IMG/VR virus record: IMGVR_UViG_3300037467_000862
Location: 1-44,887 of that record
Strand: one strand, 5' to 3'
Length of the DNA stretch: 44,887 bases
From: a virus
Lineage: Duplodnaviria; Caudoviricetes
This document shows positions 25,477 through 34,066 of this stretch, piece by piece (within the stretch, counting starts at the first letter, position 1; each line of letters starts with the position of its first letter). The notes beneath the pieces were generated by a model. It made no database searches. It saw nothing but the letters and a program-made list of their open reading frames with translations, and was not told the origin of the DNA. The translations under genes were made by a program, and so were the position numbers.

Positions 25477-27075
25477 CTACAGATTTGCGTAAGGATTGTG
25501 TTCGCGTGCGTTGGCGGTATGCACACCCCCAATGCCAAGGCGCTCGAAGGTCGGCGTTTCCATGTTGGCCAGGATGACGGCCGTGGCACGGTCGGGCGAC
25601 ACGCCGATGCGCTCGAGGATTTCTTGCCGCGATTCCACGTACACGGTCATGCCCTGCAGCCGCCACTTCGGTGCGCACAGTTCCTTTGCCAGTTCCTTGT
25701 CCGGCGGCAGTGCAATGCCCGTGTTGTTGGCCGGGTCCAGCGCCTCGCGCATCTGCCACCACAGTTGGCTGCGCAGGTTGTAGAACGACAGGCGGCCCGA
25801 CTTGTCCTTGGCCGTTGCCTTCTCGGCCACGTTGACGCCAATGGCCGGCTGGTTGGCTTGCGCGAGGAAGTCGTAAGCGGACGCGCCCACGCCGATGACA
25901 TCGACGTGCTGCGGTGCGCGGTCGCGGCTGGCGGCGATGACCAGCCCCGCCGTGGTGGGGCCGTCCGGCGTGTCCTTGCCCGGGTAGGTCAGCAGTTCAT
26001 CGAACCACATGCCTTCGTGCCGGCGGCCAATGACGGTCTTGTCCTTGCCGCCGCGTGCAACGTCCACGCCCACGCTGTCCATGCGCGGCTTCCTGTCCAG
26101 TGGCTTCCAGCGCGCCATGGCCGCGTCCACCCACGCGGTCGGGATGACCTGCCACGGGTCGTCGCTGATGCCGGCCTGGAAGTCGCCGTACAGCATTTGC
26201 GAGCGCAGCGGCTCGGGAAGCGATTGCAGAGTGCTCATGTAGCCGCTCGCCATGTAGTAGGGGTTGTCGGTCAGGCGCGCGGGGATGAACGTCCTGGACT
26301 TAGGCTCGATGATGTCCTCGCGCCGGTAGTCGGCCGGGTCGAAGTCGTAGGTGACGCGTCCCTCGACCAGCACGAAGCGCTGGCCGGTCAGCGGCACGCC
26401 GTCGGAATCGGTCCACGTGTCGCGGCTACCGCCCTGGCCATCGGGCAGCATGGCCGCATACCGCAGCTCGCCCGGAGGGGTCGGGTACAGCGGGTGCTGC
26501 TTGTCGAGCCACGGTCCGAAGAAGTCGATGACCCAGCGACCCTCGGACGTGGTCGGCGGATTGAAGGTCATGAGCACGCGGGCGTGCAGCTTCGTGTTGC
26601 TTGAGCGGTTCCAGCCCATCGTGAAGCGCACTTGCTGCTCGCGCATTTCCGTGACCTCGTCGTACACCTTGAGGTCGTGCGGTCGGCCCTGCCAGCGGCG
26701 TTCGTCGCCCGGGTTGTCCAGGCCGCCGAACTCGCACAGCGCGCGGCCCGGGATTTTCCATATCGCCTTTTGCGAGTTGAAGCCATCGGTGGTGCCGAGG
26801 ATTTCGGTCATGCGCTGGATGACGCCCTCGGTCTGTGCCTTCTCGCGCCGGAAGAAGACCGCGCGCTCGGCTTCGGTCAGAATGAGGCCGGCGGCCAGGT
26901 CGGTCTTGCCCCCGCCTGCGGCGCCGCCATAGCCCACGATGTCAGCGCGCGATGCCTTGGCGTGCGACTGCGGCCCGGGCAGCGGCTTCCAGATGGGCAG
27001 GCGCCGGGCCTTCTCGCGCAACAGCAACAGCAGCCGCTCGCGCGATTTGCGGTCATACGAGGTCGTCGCAGTCAT
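25477..27075 (-). CDS. terL: Terminase large subunit
   Basis: Walker A YGGAAGGGKT, Walker B VYDE, nuclease GVDVARGGKD and SPDRA. Confidence 0.93.
   Translation of the reverse strand: MTATTSYDRKSRERLLLLLREKARRLPIWKPLPGPQSHAKASRADIVGYGGAAGGGKTDLAAGLILTEAERAVFFRREKAQTEGVIQRMTEILGTTDGFNSQKAIWKIPGRALCEFGGLDNPGDERRWQGRPHDLKVYDEVTEMREQQVRFTMGWNRSSNTKLHARVLMTFNPPTTSEGRWVIDFFGPWLDKQHPLYPTPPGELRYAAMLPDGQGGSRDTWTDSDGVPLTGQRFVLVEGRVTYDFDPADYRREDIIEPKSRTFIPARLTDNPYYMASGYMSTLQSLPEPLRSQMLYGDFQAGISDDPWQVIPTAWVDAAMARWKPLDRKPRMDSVGVDVARGGKDKTVIGRRHEGMWFDELLTYPGKDTPDGPTTAGLVIAASRDRAPQHVDVIGVGASAYDFLAQANQPAIGVNVAEKATAKDKSGRLSFYNLRSQLWWQMREALDPANNTGIALPPDKELAKELCAPKWRLQGMTVYVESRQEILERIGVSPDRATAVILANMETPTFERLGIGGVHTANAREHNPYANL
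25495..25530 (-). promoter_or_regulatory. Putative late promoter within the 3' end of terL
   Basis: GGGTGTGCATACC-N15-CACAAT on the minus strand. Confidence 0.68.
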
Positions 27076-27562
27076 CGGAAGGGGTAGACACCACCGGGGG
27101 CTCGGGAACGGCGCTGTGGCCGATCTGAGCAGCCAGTGAGGCGATTTCGGCCTCGAGGTCGTCGTCGCTGATGTTGCCCAGCGCTAGGTGGCCGGACATT
27201 TCGATGGACTGTTTTTCGCTGTAGCGGTTCGACCACTTGGCCAGCAGCTTGAGGCGCTGCTCCACGCGGTTCTTTTGCCAGGCCACGTGCCCGGCGTCCA
27301 CCTTGTCGCCGTGCATCGTGGCCGTGCGCTCGGGCCGCTCGTCCACCATGTCGATGGTGTCCTCGGCAATGGCGTCGAAGCCCATGTCGCGGGCAACGGC
27401 CAACTGCTCGGCGAAGTCAGGGAATTGCAGCCGCCAGCCGTACACGGTGCGCCACGAGGGCATGCCGGGGTCGCGGCAAACCGCGCGCAGCGTTTCGCCG
27501 TCGGCGATGCGCGCAGAAATTTTGTCGCCAATGGCTTTGGTGTAGGTCGAAGGACGGGTCAT
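27053..27562 (-). CDS. terS: Terminase small subunit (Sf6-type)
   Basis: Start MTRPSTYT; IADGETLRAVCRDPGMPSWRTVYGW HTH; overlaps the terL start. Confidence 0.85.
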   Translation of the reverse strand: MTRPSTYTKAIGDKISARIADGETLRAVCRDPGMPSWRTVYGWRLQFPDFAEQLAVARDMGFDAIAEDTIDMVDERPERTATMHGDKVDAGHVAWQKNRVEQRLKLLAKWSNRYSEKQSIEMSGHLALGNISDDDLEAEIASLAAQIGHSAVPEPPVVSTPSDDCDDLV

Positions 27563-27571
27563 AGCGGGGAA

Positions 27572-27604
27572 ATCGTATGCGCGAAGCGTGCCGCTATGCA
27601 CACC
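27572..27604 (-). promoter_or_regulatory. Putative late promoter upstream of terS
   Basis: GGTGTGCATAGC-N15-TACGAT on the minus strand. Confidence 0.65.
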
Positions 27605-27605
27605 G

Positions 27606-27863
27606 TCACTCGCAGGTCTCGGTCTTCCGGCCACGAATGGTCCTGTAACGTGCAGCGGACTGGTTGCGCATTTCGTAACGGCAAATCTTCGCCACTGTGC
27701 GCTTGGACAGTTCGAACATTTTGGCCAGGCGCCGGTAGCCGATGTGTTCCTGCTCGTGCATCGCACGCATGCGCTCGACTTCCTCGTCGGTCAGCTTCGC
27801 CCGCGGGTGGTCCTCGCCCACGCGCAAGCCGGCCTCGTTCACCCCCACTATGCGTTTTTCCAT
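27606..27863 (-). CDS. Small HTH DNA-binding protein (candidate late activator)
   Basis: GEDHPRAKLT motif then GYRRLAKMFELSKRTVAKI HTH; GGAG RBS. Confidence 0.7.
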   Translation of the reverse strand: MEKRIVGVNEAGLRVGEDHPRAKLTDEEVERMRAMHEQEHIGYRRLAKMFELSKRTVAKICRYEMRNQSAARYRTIRGRKTETCE

Positions 27864-27938
27864 TTGTATCTCTCCCATGCGCATGACCCACCCCCTTATT
27901 TGTAATTTTCTGCGACTTGCTCCGCTCAACCACCGGCC

Positions 27939-28068
27939 GGTCCGCGGTCCGCGATGGTCCTAGTGCCCAGCTTCTTATTTTTCCTAATATTTCTAATCTT
28001 CTTTTCTATATGCGCGATAAGTTGTAGACCCTAGGACCAATGAGGACCACGCGGACCAAACGCGGTCC
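27939..28068. other. Putative replication origin
   Basis: Three GGTCC on the left and three GGACC on the right bracket a ~40-bp AT-rich pyrimidine tract, just downstream of the primase-helicase. Confidence 0.65.
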
Positions 28069-28086
28069 ATGCAGAAAACTGCACGT

Positions 28087-30393
28087 TCAGAACTGCCCCA
28101 ACTTCTCCGCAATCCGCGGTTTTATGCGGATACCGTCGTAATACCGCTCGCGCGAACCCTCGACCCTCGGGCGGCGAACTTGCACGCCGGGCGTCGCAGC
28201 CCGCAAATTCCTGCCGAAGTTCTGCACCGTGCCGACGTGGTCACGGCCGTTCCAGCCGCACCACTCGCGCCAGGCGGCGTACAAGTCGTCCACCTGCACC
28301 TCGTAGGCGCCGCCGACATCGCACATTTCCGACACGAAAGTGCCGATGGGCGAATTGACCTCGGCCAGTTCATCGGCGGCGTCAACACCGGCCTTCGGCT
28401 GGATGAAGTAGCCGCGGGCGCGCAGCCGGTCGCGGCCGTCCAAGGCCCAGCGGAAGATGGCCGGCAACTCGGCCAATAGCCGCGATGTAAGCCCGTGGTC
28501 CTCGCGCCCGTAGAACGATTGGGACATGGCAAGGGTGATAAAGCGGCCCGCCAGTGCGCCCGACGCGTCACCGAGCTGCGGCGTTTCATTGGTCAGGATG
28601 ACAAACCGGGCCGACATCGTGCCGGTCCACGAATCGGTGTGCTTGCGGTCCACCGTGATGCAGTCCTCGCCGGACACCATCAAGAGGCGTTCCACGATGG
28701 CCTGCGTGTTCGACTGTGCCGACACGCGCGCGTCGGGCACCAGCGCCACCAGCTTGTCAATGAGCGGCTGCAGGCCGAACTGCGTGGTGAGCGAGGTCAG
28801 GGTAGGCGATGCGATGTTGTTGCGGCCCAACAGTGCCGACAGCACGCGCCCGATGGTGCCCTTACCCGAGCGCTTAGGACCGATGAGCATAAACATCTTC
28901 TGCTGGCTGGTGTCGGCGGTCAGCAGGTAGCCGAACATTTCCTGCAGCGTTTCCTGCGACTCGGCGTCGCCCGGCCACACCTGGTCCAAGAACTTGAGCC
29001 ATTCGGTCGGCTCGCCCTTGGTCTCCCAACCATAGGGCAGGGTGTTGAGCGTGAAGAAGCCGGCGCTGTGTGGGATCAGCGTGCGCGAGGGGATGTGCAG
29101 CAGCCCGTTGGCCACGCTCACCACCTCGCCTGCTTCCGGCCCCTTGTAGCCGGGGAACCAGCACGGCGGCTCGGCGCCCTCGACCAGCGCCACCGCCTTG
29201 AGCGCGTCGATGGCGCTGGTGACGTTCGACACCGTGGGCCGGAACGGCGCCGAAACCCACTCGGCTTTGCCGTCCTTACCCTCGACCTTCACCTGCTTGG
29301 TCGCGCCGTCCAGGAACCGCCACATGGCCGCGCGCAGCGACTCGTCGGGCTTCTCCAGGTAGCACGGGCCGGTGTGCTCGTACCACAGCCCGCGCGAACG
29401 CACCAGGCTCGCACCCTCGGTCGTCGTGAATTCGCGCTCGAGGAACGTGCGCGCCGTATTCATGATGTCCGACGGGACGAGCTCTACCTTGTCCTTTGCG
29501 GTCTTGGCGTTGAATTCCTTCTTGAGCCAGCGCGCGGTGATGTTGCTGCCGCGGTGGCGGCCGAACGACGCCCACTTCTCGCGCAGCGCTTCCTGCCCCG
29601 GGTAAGTCGCGCCCTTGCTGCTCCACTCGTCCCACAGCAGGAAGCCGTCTTCCTCGCCGTTGCGCTCGTGGTGGCAGGCCATGCCGACCTTGGCCCACGT
29701 GAGGTAATCGCTGTCGGGGTCCATGGACAGGACCATTTCGGCCATGTCCGCCATGCGCAGGCCCAAGGGCGGCGACACCATGAGCGGGTCGTCCGCTTCC
29801 CACTCGGCGCCAGCGGCCGGCGCCACGGGCGCGGCGTTGAAGCGCGTCGTGTAGAGCGCACGGGCCGCATCGTTGAGCGGCGCGACGGTGTCCTCGTTAC
29901 CGACCAGTTCGCAAATGTCCAGCACGTTGCCCGTGATGGTCAGGAAGCCCTTGGCATGGAAGAACTCGACGCCGAACACGTCGGTGGCGCGCGACTTGCG
30001 GTCGGCGATCTGGCCGGCCATGAACGCACGCACACCCGTGCCCGACGGCGAGAACTCACAATAGGTGTCGGCCACGATGGCCTCGACCTCGGGCAGCACG
30101 CGGCCGTCCACCACGCAGTTGTCGAAGTCCAGGCCCACCAGGTTCCAGTCCGGCAGCATCGCAAGGCCCAGCCCGGCCCAGCGGCCCGACTGCAGCGCGG
30201 CGAGCGCCTTGTCGAACGTGGCCAGCCGGCGGCGCTCTTCGTCGGTGCCCTGCACCCCGAAGCGCTTACCGCCACCCACGTAGTACGGCACTTTGCGCGG
30301 CTTGGCCTCGCCGTCGTGTTGTTCGAACTTCCACACCAGCCAGCCCGGCAGGGCGCGCAGCGCGCTTGGGATATTGAGGGTCGGGGCGTTCAT
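28087..30393 (-). CDS. Primase-helicase (primase-polymerase + PriCT-2 + D5/SF3 helicase)
   Basis: Start MNAPTL at 30393; GLDFD and EFSPSGTG (AEP); WDEWS...KWASF (PriCT-2); Walker A GPKRSGKGT. Confidence 0.9.
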   Translation of the reverse strand: MNAPTLNIPSALRALPGWLVWKFEQHDGEAKPRKVPYYVGGGKRFGVQGTDEERRRLATFDKALAALQSGRWAGLGLAMLPDWNLVGLDFDNCVVDGRVLPEVEAIVADTYCEFSPSGTGVRAFMAGQIADRKSRATDVFGVEFFHAKGFLTITGNVLDICELVGNEDTVAPLNDAARALYTTRFNAAPVAPAAGAEWEADDPLMVSPPLGLRMADMAEMVLSMDPDSDYLTWAKVGMACHHERNGEEDGFLLWDEWSSKGATYPGQEALREKWASFGRHRGSNITARWLKKEFNAKTAKDKVELVPSDIMNTARTFLEREFTTTEGASLVRSRGLWYEHTGPCYLEKPDESLRAAMWRFLDGATKQVKVEGKDGKAEWVSAPFRPTVSNVTSAIDALKAVALVEGAEPPCWFPGYKGPEAGEVVSVANGLLHIPSRTLIPHSAGFFTLNTLPYGWETKGEPTEWLKFLDQVWPGDAESQETLQEMFGYLLTADTSQQKMFMLIGPKRSGKGTIGRVLSALLGRNNIASPTLTSLTTQFGLQPLIDKLVALVPDARVSAQSNTQAIVERLLMVSGEDCITVDRKHTDSWTGTMSARFVILTNETPQLGDASGALAGRFITLAMSQSFYGREDHGLTSRLLAELPAIFRWALDGRDRLRARGYFIQPKAGVDAADELAEVNSPIGTFVSEMCDVGGAYEVQVDDLYAAWREWCGWNGRDHVGTVQNFGRNLRAATPGVQVRRPRVEGSRERYYDGIRIKPRIAEKLGQF

Positions 30394-31397
30394 AGGAACA
30401 CCTCCGCGACAGCACGCTCGATACGTTCCTGCTGCAGCGGCTCGTAAGCTGGGTTCAGCTCGCAGCCGAGATACTGGCGGCCAAGGCGCCACGCCTCGGC
30501 AGCTGTCGTGCCACTGCCCATGAACGGGTCGAGCACGATGTCGCCGGGGCGCGACCCGGCCAGGATGCACGGCTCAACCAAGGCAGGCGGGAACACCGCG
30601 AAGTGCGCCCCCTTGTACGGCCGCGTGGCGATGCTCCACACGCTGCGCCGGTTGCGGGTCTCCGGTTCGCCGGCCTCGGCTTTCGCTCGAGCCCGAGCGG
30701 CGAAGTCTGATAGCCCGGCCTTCGTTCGGTGCTTCTCGTCACCCTCGGCGTGCGCGGTCGCGCTGCGGTGGGTTTTGTTTCCGGGCGGCGCGGTGCTCAC
30801 CGCCGGCTCTTTCATCGCCTCGCTGTCGAAGAAATACCGCTCTGATTTCGACAGCAGGAACACGTATTCGTGGGCCTTGGTGCAGCGGTCGCGCACCGAC
30901 TCGGGCATCGGATTCGGCTTGTGCCAAATGATGTCCTGGCGCAGATACCAGCCGTCCGCGCGCAGCGCAAAGGCCAGCATCCAAGGAATGCCGATGAGGT
31001 CTTTGTGCTTGAGGCCGATTGCCGCCGCGTTGCGGGTCGGGTTGTATCCGGCATGGCGACCGCGATTGACGGGGGAACCGTTCTCGGCCCATCCACCTTT
31101 GCCACCGCCGAGTGTTTCGGCCGGTTGATGCGTGCCTCCACGCTGCGCCGCATAGCTATCGCCGATGTTCAGCCACAGCGTTCCGTCGTCCGCCAACACG
31201 TCGCGCACGCAGCGGAACACCTCGACCATCGCGGCGACGTATTGCTCGGGGGTTTCTTCGAGGCCGATTTGCCCCTCGTGGCCGTAGTCGCGCAGGCCGA
31301 AGTAGGGCGGACTGGTCACGCACATTTGCACCTTGACGCCGGCCATTGCCAGGTTGCGCAGCGATTCGCGGCAGTCACCGAAGAGAACGCGATTCAT
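30390..31397 (-). CDS. Orphan DNA amino-methyltransferase, beta class (m4C/m6A)
   Basis: Catalytic TSPPY precedes the SAM-binding motif LDPFMGSGTT. Confidence 0.92.
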   Translation of the reverse strand: MNRVLFGDCRESLRNLAMAGVKVQMCVTSPPYFGLRDYGHEGQIGLEETPEQYVAAMVEVFRCVRDVLADDGTLWLNIGDSYAAQRGGTHQPAETLGGGKGGWAENGSPVNRGRHAGYNPTRNAAAIGLKHKDLIGIPWMLAFALRADGWYLRQDIIWHKPNPMPESVRDRCTKAHEYVFLLSKSERYFFDSEAMKEPAVSTAPPGNKTHRSATAHAEGDEKHRTKAGLSDFAARARAKAEAGEPETRNRRSVWSIATRPYKGAHFAVFPPALVEPCILAGSRPGDIVLDPFMGSGTTAAEAWRLGRQYLGCELNPAYEPLQQERIERAVAEVFL

Positions 31398-31591
31398 GCA
31401 CCATCCGCTTCTGTCGCGGCTTGGCGGCTGCTGATGTACGCGTTAAGAGAAGACCGGCGCCAGCCGCTCGCGCGGTGCCCCACCTTGATGGGGCGCGGCA
31501 GCTTCTTGGTTTTGACCAGGTCGTAGAGCATCGTCAGACCGATGCCCAGGTAGGTGGCCGCCTCACGCGGCCGGAAGATGGGGTCGTCCAT
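31394..31591 (-). CDS. AlpA/excisionase-like wHTH regulator
   Basis: EAATYLGIGLTMLYDLVKTKKLPRPIKVGHRASGW; GAGGA RBS. Confidence 0.85.
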   Translation of the reverse strand: MDDPIFRPREAATYLGIGLTMLYDLVKTKKLPRPIKVGHRASGWRRSSLNAYISSRQAATEADGA

Positions 31592-31654
31592 CGGGGGTTT
31601 CCTCGCTTTCTCGTTTTTGTCTGTGCGCTAACGCACGTTAGCGGACTTTAGCGA

Positions 31655-31683
31655 AGTGTAACCCCGGGAATTAAATTCCTCAA
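31655..31683 (-). promoter_or_regulatory. Sigma70-type promoter for alpA-MTase-primase
   Basis: TTGAGG-N17-TACACT on the minus strand, with TTAGC/GCTAA half-sites at 31627-31661. Confidence 0.6.
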
Positions 31684-31726
31684 GTAAATTGATGATTTAG
31701 ATCAAGGCGCGCAATCGCGTTTGTTG

Positions 31727-32170
31727 CTAAACGACGGTTGCCTCGTACAGCCACTTGCGGCCGGTGGGGTGCTTATCCTCGCGTGGCCTGTCTTCGCGCG
31801 ACCACGAACCCCCGCCAGCTTCGCCAACCAGGCGCCAGCCGGCAGCGCGCAAGCTCGCGCCGTTCTCTTCGGCCAGGATGTAGGTAATGATGCGGCGGTA
31901 GCCCATGGCCTTCGCAGCTCGCCACGCGGCGCCGTACAGCATCGAGCACGCATTGCGCGCGCCCTCAGTGCAAAGCCGCGTTACTTCTGCGGTGACGCCG
32001 TCGTCAAGCCGGCGCGCAACTGGTCGCCCGACGATGACCACGCCCTCGGGCCATCCGGCGTCGTTCACCACTGCTATGGCGAACTTGGCCCCCTGCACCG
32101 GGCCATGGTGCCGGTGGAAGAGGAACACGTAGTCGTTCGCATCCCGCAGCGAGATAGGGCGCAGCTTCAC
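31727..32170 (-). CDS. XF1762-family / Mom-like GNAT-fold protein
   Basis: GTG start overlapping the cro stop; HRHH, GRPVAR, EVTRLC, NACSMLYGA, GYRRIITY...ENGASLRAAGW. Confidence 0.8.
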   Translation of the reverse strand: MKLRPISLRDANDYVFLFHRHHGPVQGAKFAIAVVNDAGWPEGVVIVGRPVARRLDDGVTAEVTRLCTEGARNACSMLYGAAWRAAKAMGYRRIITYILAEENGASLRAAGWRLVGEAGGGSWSREDRPREDKHPTGRKWLYEATVV

Positions 32171-32433
32171 GCCCCCGCGTGCACCTTGTCCATCCAGCCG
32201 GTGGTCAACCCCAGCTTGACCTCGAATTTGCGGGCCAACCCCTCGCTGATCTTCCGGCGCGGGCACGGGCCAGTAAGCTGGCTGATGAACGATCCGTTGC
32301 TGTAGCCCAGCGCCTCGCCCAATCCCTTGCGGCCATCGTGCTGGCCGATGAGCACCATCAGGTTCGCCCGGCGCGCGGCGTACACCTCGGCCATCGGGTC
32401 AACCTGTTGTTTCTTTCCTCGTTGTTTCATCAC
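32167..32433 (-). CDS. Cro-like HTH regulator
   Basis: RRANL...LGEALGYSNGSFISQL HTH; divergent from the repressor. Confidence 0.75.
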   Translation of the reverse strand: MMKQRGKKQQVDPMAEVYAARRANLMVLIGQHDGRKGLGEALGYSNGSFISQLTGPCPRRKISEGLARKFEVKLGLTTGWMDKVHAGA

Positions 32434-32449
32434 TAACCCCTTGATTAAC

Positions 32450-32535
32450 TTGGTTAGCGCATGTTAGCAAAAGATTGAGCAAACGCAAAGCACGATTAGC
32501 ACTTGCTTTCAAACTGATGAGCATGCTAACTTCGT
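32450..32535. promoter_or_regulatory. Lysis/lysogeny switch region with operator-like sites and divergent promoters
   Basis: AT-rich; TTAGCGCATGTTAG, TTAGCACTTGCTTT and GAGCATGCTAA lie between divergent HTH genes. Confidence 0.7.
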
Positions 32536-32564
32536 ACATCCTCACCCTCAAAGGGAAGCTGAAC

Positions 32565-32984
32565 GTGGCGGACATCCACGAGGTACGGCGCCGCAACTTG
32601 AAGGCGCTGGTAGCCCAATGGGACGGCCCGACGAACCTGGCCAAGCAAATCGGCTATACCGGGCCGTCCTACGTGTCGCAGATGGTCAGCGGCAACCGGC
32701 CCATCACGGAAAAGACCGCGCGCCACATCGAAAGCAAACTTGAACTTGCACCAAGTTGGCTCGATACCGTCCATCCTGGTGCAGTGTCCGCCCGCCCGGC
32801 CGCTTTGGACGCCACAAGCCTGGCACGCATAATTTCCTTGTTGACCACGGCGCTTCAAGAGGCGAGCGTCAAAATGCAGCCAGCGAAGTTCGCCGAACTG
32901 GTAGCCATGGTCTACGAGGACGCGCAAGAGCGCGGACGTATAGACGAGAAGTTCATTAACAGAGTTATAGGACTCGTGAAGTAA
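32565..32984 (+). CDS. CI-like repressor (HTH, no S24 peptidase domain)
   Basis: GTG start after AAGGGA; RRRNL...LAKQIGYTGPSYVSQMVSGNRPITEKTARHIE. Confidence 0.8.
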   Translation: MADIHEVRRRNLKALVAQWDGPTNLAKQIGYTGPSYVSQMVSGNRPITEKTARHIESKLELAPSWLDTVHPGAVSARPAALDATSLARIISLLTTALQEASVKMQPAKFAELVAMVYEDAQERGRIDEKFINRVIGLVK

Positions 32985-32996
32985 AGAGGTAGCACC

Positions 32997-33164
32997 ATGC
33001 CGCAAGAAGTCATCCGACAACGCATCAAGTATCTGGTCGAGCACGGCGAACTGTATCCACCGACCACCGAATCCAGCGGCCGCAGTATTCGGCGGCTGCA
33101 GTGGATGGGGGTTGTCCTTGTGGCTGTAAATGTGCTGCAGTGCTTCGAGGTGTGGTTTAGATAG
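32997..33164 (+). CDS. 55-aa membrane peptide downstream of the repressor (not in the ORF track)
   Basis: AGAGGT RBS; MPQEVIRQRIKYLVEHGELYPPTTESSGRSIRRLQWMGVVLVAVNVLQCFEVWFR. Confidence 0.6.
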   Translation: MPQEVIRQRIKYLVEHGELYPPTTESSGRSIRRLQWMGVVLVAVNVLQCFEVWFR

Positions 33165-33184
33165 CGACACCCAAATCCGCAAAC

Positions 33185-33212
33185 AAAGCCGCCTTCGGGC
33201 GGCTTTTCTTTT
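33185..33212 (+). terminator. Rho-independent terminator closing the repressor operon
   Basis: AAAGCCGCC-TTCG-GGCGGCTTT followed by TCTTTT. Confidence 0.9.
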
Positions 33213-33243
33213 GTCATGCGACGTTAGCAGCGTGAAAAATTTC

Positions 33244-33273
33244 TTGACCACACGCTAAAGCATCTGCTAAATT
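33244..33273 (+). promoter_or_regulatory. Early promoter with overlapping operator
   Basis: TTGACC-N18-TAAATT with extended TG; AAAGCATCTGCTAA at 33257-33270. Confidence 0.7.
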
Positions 33274-33323
33274 ACACGGGCAGTTTAGACAACCCGTTAG
33301 CAAATCTTTAGAAGGAGTCAAGA

Positions 33324-33881
33324 ATGTCCCAAGTCGCCGTTGTCGTTCGCCGCATGTTCGCGGAAGCCGAAGCAACCTTCACCACCGAAGCCGCCGACCT
33401 GGCGTCCGCGCTAGCCGCTGCGCACACCCTCGCCGGTATCGACGCCCGCGCCGTGTCGGGCGTGGGCATCGCGGGCGCCAGCAGTTCGCGCGCCGAAGCC
33501 ATCGCCGCCGTCCGCGAAGCTGCAGACAAACCGGCCGCCGACCCCAAGCCGGAAAAGCCGAAGGCCAGGGGCGAAGCAAAAAAGTCGGAAGCCACCCCGT
33601 CTACTGGCACCACGAACGAATCCGCAGCGTCCGCTGCACAGTCCGGTACTGGCGAATCGACTGGTGAAGAAGTCACCTACGACGGTCACGTCAAGCCGGC
33701 CATCCTGACCATCGCGTCCAAGAAGGGCCGCGACACGGTCACGGCGCTGCTGCAGCGCTACGGCGCGGGCAAGGGGCCGGACCTCACGCCCGAGCAATAC
33801 GCCGACTTCCACCGCGACGCGCAGCGCGTGCTGGCCGGCGAGTACGACCCGACCAAGGCCGACGAAGAGGCGCTTGCGTGA
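33324..33881 (+). CDS. Hypothetical early protein
   Basis: 185 aa with AAGGAG RBS; low-complexity middle and small helical C-terminal domain. Confidence 0.75.
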   Translation: MSQVAVVVRRMFAEAEATFTTEAADLASALAAAHTLAGIDARAVSGVGIAGASSSRAEAIAAVREAADKPAADPKPEKPKARGEAKKSEATPSTGTTNESAASAAQSGTGESTGEEVTYDGHVKPAILTIASKKGRDTVTALLQRYGAGKGPDLTPEQYADFHRDAQRVLAGEYDPTKADEEALA

Positions 33882-34066
33882 ACGGCCGCGCTGCCAAACG
33901 CATCCGTATCGCAGCTCGCGATGTGGATGCCCAGCAGGGCGGCGAGTACCGGCGCGTCGTCAAAGACATCAAGCGCTGGTTCAAGTCGCTGAACGTCACC
34001 ACGAAGAACGCCAGTCCGTCGCACCGCTCGGTCCTGCGCGCATACCACGGAGCCCGAAATGTCTGA
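33878..34066 (+). CDS. Small basic hypothetical protein
   Basis: 62 aa, overlapping both neighbouring genes. Confidence 0.55.
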   Translation: MNGRAAKRIRIAARDVDAQQGGEYRRVVKDIKRWFKSLNVTTKNASPSHRSVLRAYHGARNV

